Assembly: GCA_002104905.1 (NCBI GenBank)
Contig: MCFE01000654.1
Location: 1-49,546 of the forward strand
Origin: Basidiobolus meristosporus CBS 931.73
Lineage: Eukaryota > Fungi > Basidiobolomycota
DNA length: 49,546 bases
Reading direction: 5' to 3'
A program made the position numbers and the translations under genes. Positions within the stretch are counted from its first letter, which is position 1; every line of letters starts with the position of its first letter. Positions 48,435-49,546 of this stretch are shown here, piece by piece. The notes beneath the pieces are model-generated. The model saw only the letters and a list, made by a program, of their open reading frames with translations, had not been told where the DNA came from and did not search any database.

Positions 48435-49546
48435 TGTTGTAAGAGTCTTGGAGATATTGGAAGTGATTGGGAGAACAAGTAGATTATGTGGTTTTCACTT
48501 AATGATTTATTGAATGTAAAAGTAGTATTTATACTTTTACATGGTCTTGGCATACAAACACGTAGAATAGGTTAAGGAAGGTCCCAAGAACATGTGTGCA
48601 AAGTTTGGGGCTGTTTGGACAACTTTGAGAATTTTCATGTTCTGGGTACCTGGTATTTTGGTGAAAATATTCTAAGTAAATCCCAACAAGGAATTTGGTC
48701 AGTATTCTCTAGGATTTGAAGGTAATGATCTAAGTGACTAAGTTAGGTGAATATTTAGGTGGAATACAAATTTTTACAACACTCCCACTCAGCTAAATGT
48801 TCATACTGACTAGTCCTAATTTTGACCTAAGATATTCAAACTTGTCTCTAGCTAATGGTTTGGTAAATATGTCTGCAATCATTTCATCTGTAGGACAGTA
48901 AACTAAGCTAACTAAGTTATTCTCTATAGCTTCACGTATGAAATGATGTCTAATATCTATGTGCTTGGTTCTAGCATGAAAAGTTGGATTTCTACCTAAT
49001 TGTATACATCCTTGATTATCTTGAAATAAAGTAATAGGCGTTTTTTGACATAGGCCTAAATCTGTAAAAGCTTTCTTAACCACATTGCTTCTTTTGTAGC
49101 TTCACAGGCTGCCATATACTCTGCCTCTGTGGTAGAAAGTGCTACGGTTGGTTGCTTTCTTGAATTCCATGAAATTGCTCCTTTACAGTAAAGAAAGGTG
49201 TATCCTGTGGTGGATCTTCTGTCTTCCAAATTTTGTCCCCAATCAGCATCAGAGTATCCCACAAGATCCTGTTCTGAATCCTTATAAGTGTATCTTAAGC
49301 AGATATCAGCAGTTCCTTTTAGGTATCTAAAAATCCGCTTAACTGCTGCAATATGATCAGATCCATAGTTCTGATTATGTTGGCTGACAACTCCCACTGA
49401 ATATGAGATATCTGGACATGTTCCAAGCATGATATACATCAGACTGCCGACCATAGATTGATAAGGAAAGTCAGGGCTTTCAGATGGCACCAAGCTCTCT
49501 TGATTTGGTTGAGTTTTGACCAAGTTAAGGTTTGTCTCCATTGGGG
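48435..49546 (-). mobile_element. Second copia copy in inverted orientation: LTR 48435-48781, PPT, RT/RNase H end (truncated by the window edge)
   Basis: Reverse complement of 47046-48161 with few changes, including TRP->TCP (CpG->TpG) and a 1-nt deletion near 49070. Confidence 0.96.

Overview
Gene-dense, intron-containing eukaryotic DNA of a fungus. Pom152, an Ssb-type Hsp70 and Nam9 are fungal, and dysbindin-like and GON4L-like genes plus ~55-70 nt introns suggest an early-diverging, non-Dikarya lineage (inference). Left to right: (i) a ~4.35 kb palindrome holding two head-to-head copies of a Nem1/CTDNEP1-like phosphatase gene; (ii) a housekeeping block (GON4L-like Myb/SANT gene, UGP1, MaoC-type dehydratase, POM152, UTP22, SSB1, APT1, SDH6, MSY1, EMP24, NAM9, TIM50, NOP1); (iii) a 2.3 kb direct duplication flanking a dysbindin-like gene; (iv) an HSF-family gene; (v) a transposon island with a probable gypsy relic, nested LTR fragments, a young Ty1/copia element and an inverted second copy. 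The main discovery is that the apparently non-coding 2.3 kb duplicated unit is an intronic box C/D snoRNA array on the minus strand: two snR190-like, two U14 and one unassigned snoRNA per unit, ten in total. One unit runs into exon 1 of the dysbindin-like gene, and the other is a protein-less duplicate converging on the fibrillarin gene. All alignments were done by eye, so boundaries may be off by a few nt and no database searches were run.
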